The notes under the pieces were generated by a model. The model searched no databases. It was not told the origin of the DNA and saw only the letters and a program-made list of their open reading frames with translations. Shown piece after piece: positions 55,971 to 64,000 of a DNA stretch of 64,000 nucleotides (position 1 is the first letter of the stretch; every line of letters begins with the position of its first letter). A program made the position numbers and the translations under genes. Source of the stretch: Gaiellales bacterium (GTDB taxonomy: Bacteria > Actinomycetota > Thermoleophilia > Gaiellales > JAICJC01); assembly GCA_038230835.1 (NCBI GenBank), contig JBBRMM010000004.1, forward strand, positions 157,972 through 221,971, in the 5' to 3' direction.

Positions 55971-56369
55971 TCAGCAGGTGGGCGATCCAGGCGTCGGCGC
56001 GACGCCCGTGATCACGATCGTGCGCTCGCCCGGGTACACCCACCCGCACTGACGCGCGATGGCCACGATCGCCGAGTTGGCGCCGTGGGTCGTGGGTTGC
56101 AGCCGCGCGACTGTGGTGCGCAGGGTCTGGTTCTGCTGCGTGAGCCGAGCCAGCGTCGCCCGCTCGTTGCGCACCTGCTGCTCCGCGTGCAGATACTTCT
56201 GCACGGGGCTGACGTACAGCGCTGCCATCAGCAGCATCACGCCGACACCGATCAGCCGTCCGACGGGAACTCCGCGCGGACGGGTCGAGCGTGAGCGAGC
56301 AGCTGCCACGGCTGCCAGTTCGACGGCCCGCGGCCGGTACCTGCACCGCATAGCGTTCGAGCCGGCCAC
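55971..56369 (-). CDS. ftsB: septum formation initiator (FtsB/DivIC family)
   Basis: A single TM (LIGVGVMLLMAALY), then a coiled coil (QQVRNERATLARLTQQNQTLRTTVARLQ) and a C-terminal GWVYPGE. The start is GTG 56369 or ATG 56351. Confidence 0.7.
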   Translation of the reverse strand: MAGSNAMRCRYRPRAVELAAVAAARSRSTRPRGVPVGRLIGVGVMLLMAALYVSPVQKYLHAEQQVRNERATLARLTQQNQTLRTTVARLQPTTHGANSAIVAIARQCGWVYPGERTIVITGVAPTPGSPTC

Positions 56370-56372
56370 AAT

Positions 56373-60173
<3,801 letters not shown>

Positions 60174-60183
60174 CGCACACGCC

Positions 60184-61275
60184 TCAGCTGGTGGCGGTTG
60201 TGGTGGAGGACGTGGTGGTCGGACTGGTCAGCGACGACGGAGGTGCGAACCCGGTCGCGTACGTGGTCTTCTTCTCGATCGCCTTGAACAGCGCTTGCAC
60301 CCGCTGGGAGACGTGCGCCTGCTGCTGCGTGCTCTTGAGCTGGGTCTCGATCTGGGTCGTGACCGCGTCGAAGCTCTGCTTGGTGCCCTTCTTGACCAGT
60401 GCCGAGACGGGGTTGATCAGGAAGTAGCACTGCGGCTTGCACTGCCCGGTCAGCCGGCTCTTCATGTAGCTCTTCGAGACCGGCACCAGGGGGCCCCAGA
60501 CGCCGGTCGGCTGCTTGACACCGGCGGCCACGAAGTTGGCCTCGAAGCCACCGTTGGCGGTGAAGGTGAGCGGAGTGGCGGCCTGGCCCGGCTTGGCGTC
60601 GCCGTCGATCGCGTGCTGCGCCGTGAACACGTCGGCCTCTGCGGTACCCGCCTTCAGGCTCGCGAGGGCGGCCTGCGCGGCGGCCTTGGACGGCAGCAGA
60701 AGGTAGTGCACCGTGCGCGTGTCGGCGGTCGTCGTGTACTGCGCCTTGTTCTGGTTGTAGTAGTCCTGCACCTGCTGCGGCGTGACCTTGACCTCGTTCT
60801 GCAGCTTGGTGGTGATCTTCTGCTCCAGTGCCTGGATCAGGAACTGCTCGTGGACGTCGGCGGTGCTCAGTCCGTACTTCGTGAGGTCGGCCTGGTACTT
60901 CGCCTGATCGCCGCCGTAGTACTGCTTGATGGCCGCGGTCAGCGCCGTGGTCACCTCGGCCGGGGTGGCCGATACCTTCAGCTGCTGGGCGATCAACTGC
61001 ACCTCGGCGTTCTGCACCAGGCGGTGCAGGGCGGGTTGGATCACCTGGGTCTTGTAGGCGGTGGAGCCGGCCGTGGGCACCGTCTGCTTCTGGAGCGACA
61101 TCCCCTTGACCACGATCGCGATCTGATGATCGAGCTGGGTGTGGGTGACATGGATCGTCTCCACGACCGCCACGTCACCCGACTGGAGGGAGCCGGAAGA
61201 CCCGGACGAACCGCCACAGGCAGCTACGGTCGCGACCAGCGCGACCAGGGAGATGATTGGAAAACGTCGGTGCAT
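60184..61275 (-). CDS. SurA/PrsA-like lipoprotein (SurA N-terminal-type chaperone domain)
   Basis: Lipobox VAAC followed by GGSSGSSGS. Gln/Lys-rich helical chaperone-like body. It occupies the slot between mfd and mazG where actinobacteria carry a lipoprotein. Confidence 0.65.
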   Translation of the reverse strand: MHRRFPIISLVALVATVAACGGSSGSSGSLQSGDVAVVETIHVTHTQLDHQIAIVVKGMSLQKQTVPTAGSTAYKTQVIQPALHRLVQNAEVQLIAQQLKVSATPAEVTTALTAAIKQYYGGDQAKYQADLTKYGLSTADVHEQFLIQALEQKITTKLQNEVKVTPQQVQDYYNQNKAQYTTTADTRTVHYLLLPSKAAAQAALASLKAGTAEADVFTAQHAIDGDAKPGQAATPLTFTANGGFEANFVAAGVKQPTGVWGPLVPVSKSYMKSRLTGQCKPQCYFLINPVSALVKKGTKQSFDAVTTQIETQLKSTQQQAHVSQRVQALFKAIEKKTTYATGFAPPSSLTSPTTTSSTTTATS

Positions 61276-61281
61276 GAAGGC

Positions 61282-64000
61282 TCAGGCCGCGGTCGCGCGG
61301 CGGATTTCCACTATAGCATCGAGCACTTCCAGCCCCTGTCGCATGCTCGGTTTGGCGCCTGGTTGAACCGGGCCGAGGCGGCAGCTGACCTCGCGTGAGG
61401 ACACCGTGTAGAGCGCCGTCGGGCACCGTTCCTTGAGAGCGCGCACATCGGTCGACGAGAGCATGAGCGGGCCCAAGGTGAGCCTGCCGGCGCGGAGCGT
61501 CACCACGTCGGCGCCCAGCCCCGCGGCCACCAGCCGCGCCTCCTGGATGGCGATCAGGTTCTCGACCGCGTCAGGCAGCGGGCCGAAGCGGTCGGCCAGC
61601 TCGGCGGCCAGCTCACGCACCTCCGAGCGGTCGGCTGCAAGCGCGATCCGCCGGTGCAGATCGACCTTGACCGCCTCCAGGGCGACGTAGGCGGCCGGCA
61701 CGTAGGCATCCACCTGAGCGTCCACCCGGACCGGGCGCGTGTGCACGAGCGCCGTGCCCTGGAGCTCGGCGACCGCCTCGGCCAGCAGCTCGCAGTAGAG
61801 CTCGAAGCCGATCGCCGCCACATGGCCGGACTGCTCGTCGCCGAGCAGGTTGCCGGCGCCGCGCAGCTCGAGGTCGCGCATCGCGATGCGGTATCCCGAT
61901 CCCAGCTCGGTGTAGTCGGCCAGGGTCGCGAGCCGGTGCCGCGCCTCCTCGGACAACTCGCGGGCGTCGGGGTAGAAGAGGTAGGCGTTGGCCACCGCGT
62001 CGGAGCGGCCGACTCGGCCGCGGATCTGGTAGAGCTGGGCCAGGCCCAACAGGTCGGCGCGCTCAACGACCAGCGTGTTGGCCTGTGGGATGTCCAAGCC
62101 CGACTCGATGATGGTGGTCGACACCAGCACGTCGTAGTCGCCGCGCAGGAACTGCATCATCACGCTCTCCAGTTGGCGCTCGGCCATCTGTCCGTGGGCA
62201 ACGCCGATCCGCAGCTCGGGCACCCAGGAGCGCAGCCGCTCGGCGGCATCGTCGATGGTCTCCACCCGGTTGTGGAGGTAGAAGCTCTGCCCTTCGCGCG
62301 CGAACTCGCGGCGCAGCGCCGAGGCGACCAGCTCCTCGTCGAACTCTCCGACGTGGGTCTTGATCGGACGCCGGCCGTGCGGCGGTGTGGTGATGACCGT
62401 GATGTCTCGCAGCCCTGACAGGCTCATGTGCAGTGTGCGGGGAATGGGGGTGGCGGACATCGAGAGCACGTCCACCTCCAGCCGCAGTTGCCGCAGCAGC
62501 TCCTTCTGGGCGACGCCGAATCGCTGCTCCTCGTCCACCACGACCAGACCCAGGCTCTGCGGCACCACGTCGCGCGAGAGCACCCGGTGAGTGCCCACCA
62601 GAACGTCCACCTTGCCTTCCCGGTACTCGGCCAGGACCTGCTTCATCTCGCCGGCGGAGCGGAACCGCGACACCATCTCCACCCGCACCGGGAAGTCGCG
62701 GAAGCGGTCGCGAAAGGTGGCGGCGTGCTGTTGGGCGAGGATCGTCGTGGGCACCAGCATCAGCACCTGGCGCCCCGAGCAGGCTACCTTGAACGCCGCT
62801 CGCAGGGCGACCTCGGTCTTGCCGAAGCCGACGTCGCCGCACACCAGGCGGTCCATCGGCCGGTCGGACTCCAGATCCTCCTTGACCATGTCGATCGCGG
62901 TCTGCTGGTCGTCGGTCTCCTCGAACGGGAAGGCGGCTTCCAGGCGCGCCATCCACTCGTCGTCCGGCGGCAGCGGCTGCTTGGTGGCCGACTGGCGGCG
63001 GGCGTAGAGCGCCAGCAACTCCCCGGCAAGCTCGCGAACGGCGACCCGGGCCCGGGTCTTGAGCGTCTGCCACGCCTTGCCGCCGAGCTTCGAGAGCGCC
63101 GGCGCGCGGCCGTCGGCGCCGACGTAGCGGCTGACCTTGGCCAGCTGGTCGTGCGGCACGTACAGTCGGTCGTCACCTTTGAACTCGAGGTACAGGTAGT
63201 CACGGACGACGCCTCCGACCTCCTTGGTGTCGAAGCGAACGAACCGGCCCACGCCATGGTCCTCGTGGACGACGAAGTCACCGCTGCGCAGATCGGAGAC
63301 GGTCGCGAGAGCGCGGCCGATACGCCCAGGGCCGCGAGCGCCCCGGCGGCGGAAGAGCTGGTGTGCCGGCAGCACCGCGAGCCGCAACGCCGGCGAGACG
63401 ACGCCGTGGCGAAGCCCCGAGACGACGAAGCTGACACCGGCCTCGGCGGGTGCGGGCGCTCCCGGCGCAGGCGCGACGGCCTCGATCCGGCGCAGCGCCA
63501 GCCGCGTCCGCTCGGCCTCGCCGCGGTGAGGGAACGAGACCAGCACGCGGTACCCGGCACGGACCATCGCCCGCAGCTCGTTCTCGGCCTCGGCCACCCC
63601 GAACGAGGCCAGCGCCGGGGGTTGGGCGTCGAAGCTGTACGGCTGCCCCAGCGGCATCTCCTCGACCGCCGGCAAGGACTCGATCAGCGCCTCGACGTCG
63701 GATGCACGAACGTACCCGCGCCCGCGTAGGTCGGGGTCGCGCAACCGCTCCGACACGTCGGCCTCGGCCTCGCGCACCTCCGACGCCAGGGCGTCGGGAT
63801 TCCAGGCCACCAGGCGGGAGAACTCGACCAGTTCGGAGCCGAGCGCGACCAGGCCCGCCGGCACCTGCGGCCCCTCGTCCTCGTGGCCCCAGCCGGGGCG
63901 GCTGTCGACGGTCTCGGCCGCCGGGTGGATCTCGATCCGCCGCAGGTCGCGCAGCGAGCGCTGGGTGAACACCGAGAAGGCCGACATGCGCTCCACCAGG
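61282..64000 (-). CDS. mfd: transcription-repair coupling factor, partial (N-terminus lies beyond the window)
   Basis: CarD-like RID (DFVVHEDHGVGRF), DEAD/DEEQ helicase motifs (GDVGFGKTEV, VVDEEQRFG) and a TRG/TRCF C-terminal domain. The frame is still open at 64000. Confidence 0.9.
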   Translation of the reverse strand, partial: LVERMSAFSVFTQRSLRDLRRIEIHPAAETVDSRPGWGHEDEGPQVPAGLVALGSELVEFSRLVAWNPDALASEVREAEADVSERLRDPDLRGRGYVRASDVEALIESLPAVEEMPLGQPYSFDAQPPALASFGVAEAENELRAMVRAGYRVLVSFPHRGEAERTRLALRRIEAVAPAPGAPAPAEAGVSFVVSGLRHGVVSPALRLAVLPAHQLFRRRGARGPGRIGRALATVSDLRSGDFVVHEDHGVGRFVRFDTKEVGGVVRDYLYLEFKGDDRLYVPHDQLAKVSRYVGADGRAPALSKLGGKAWQTLKTRARVAVRELAGELLALYARRQSATKQPLPPDDEWMARLEAAFPFEETDDQQTAIDMVKEDLESDRPMDRLVCGDVGFGKTEVALRAAFKVACSGRQVLMLVPTTILAQQHAATFRDRFRDFPVRVEMVSRFRSAGEMKQVLAEYREGKVDVLVGTHRVLSRDVVPQSLGLVVVDEEQRFGVAQKELLRQLRLEVDVLSMSATPIPRTLHMSLSGLRDITVITTPPHGRRPIKTHVGEFDEELVASALRREFAREGQSFYLHNRVETIDDAAERLRSWVPELRIGVAHGQMAERQLESVMMQFLRGDYDVLVSTTIIESGLDIPQANTLVVERADLLGLAQLYQIRGRVGRSDAVANAYLFYPDARELSEEARHRLATLADYTELGSGYRIAMRDLELRGAGNLLGDEQSGHVAAIGFELYCELLAEAVAELQGTALVHTRPVRVDAQVDAYVPAAYVALEAVKVDLHRRIALAADRSEVRELAAELADRFGPLPDAVENLIAIQEARLVAAGLGADVVTLRAGRLTLGPLMLSSTDVRALKERCPTALYTVSSREVSCRLGPVQPGAKPSMRQGLEVLDAIVEIRRATAA

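Overview
This is a very GC-rich window (roughly 70% by eye, not computed), and long spurious antisense ORFs are common. Gene content and order look like an Actinomycetota-type chromosome: mfd, a lipoprotein, mazG, eno, ftsB and DUF501 on the minus strand at the right end, GTG/TTG starts, and many 4-nt start/stop overlaps. About 70 CDS, 2 tRNAs and no rRNA are supportable. Most of the window is core housekeeping: eno, pyk, mfd, mazG, trxB, lgt, nth, addAB, ppx, kup/trkA, ferredoxin and ccdA/resA-like cytochrome c maturation genes. No CRISPR array, integrase, transposase or recognisable phage-defence system was seen, and I cannot point to one unambiguous novel system. The best candidates for a second look are: (1) a MITE-like ~185-bp element with perfect 25-27-bp terminal inverted repeats, present twice (6370-6554 and 49956-50138), together with a separate C-block/palindromic repeat family present three times; (2) a tightly coupled minus-strand operon at 23746-27714 encoding MFS-cNMP, an ECF sigma factor, an 85-aa protein, a signal-less S8 subtilase and a GAF protein; (3) a dense c-di-GMP gene set comprising RR-HK-GGDEF(GGDAF)/degenerate HD-GYP, two PilZ paralogues, GAF-HD-GYP, an orphan Flp pilin and a DivIVA neighbour; (4) a secreted ALK/LTK-type glycine-rich protein; (5) two disrupted genes, one with an in-frame TAG and one with a frameshift at a C6 run; (6) phased CGTGA repeats in the trkA/permease divergent promoter region. 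Functions are assigned from motifs I recognise in the supplied translations. Many start codons are inferred. Nothing here was checked against a database.
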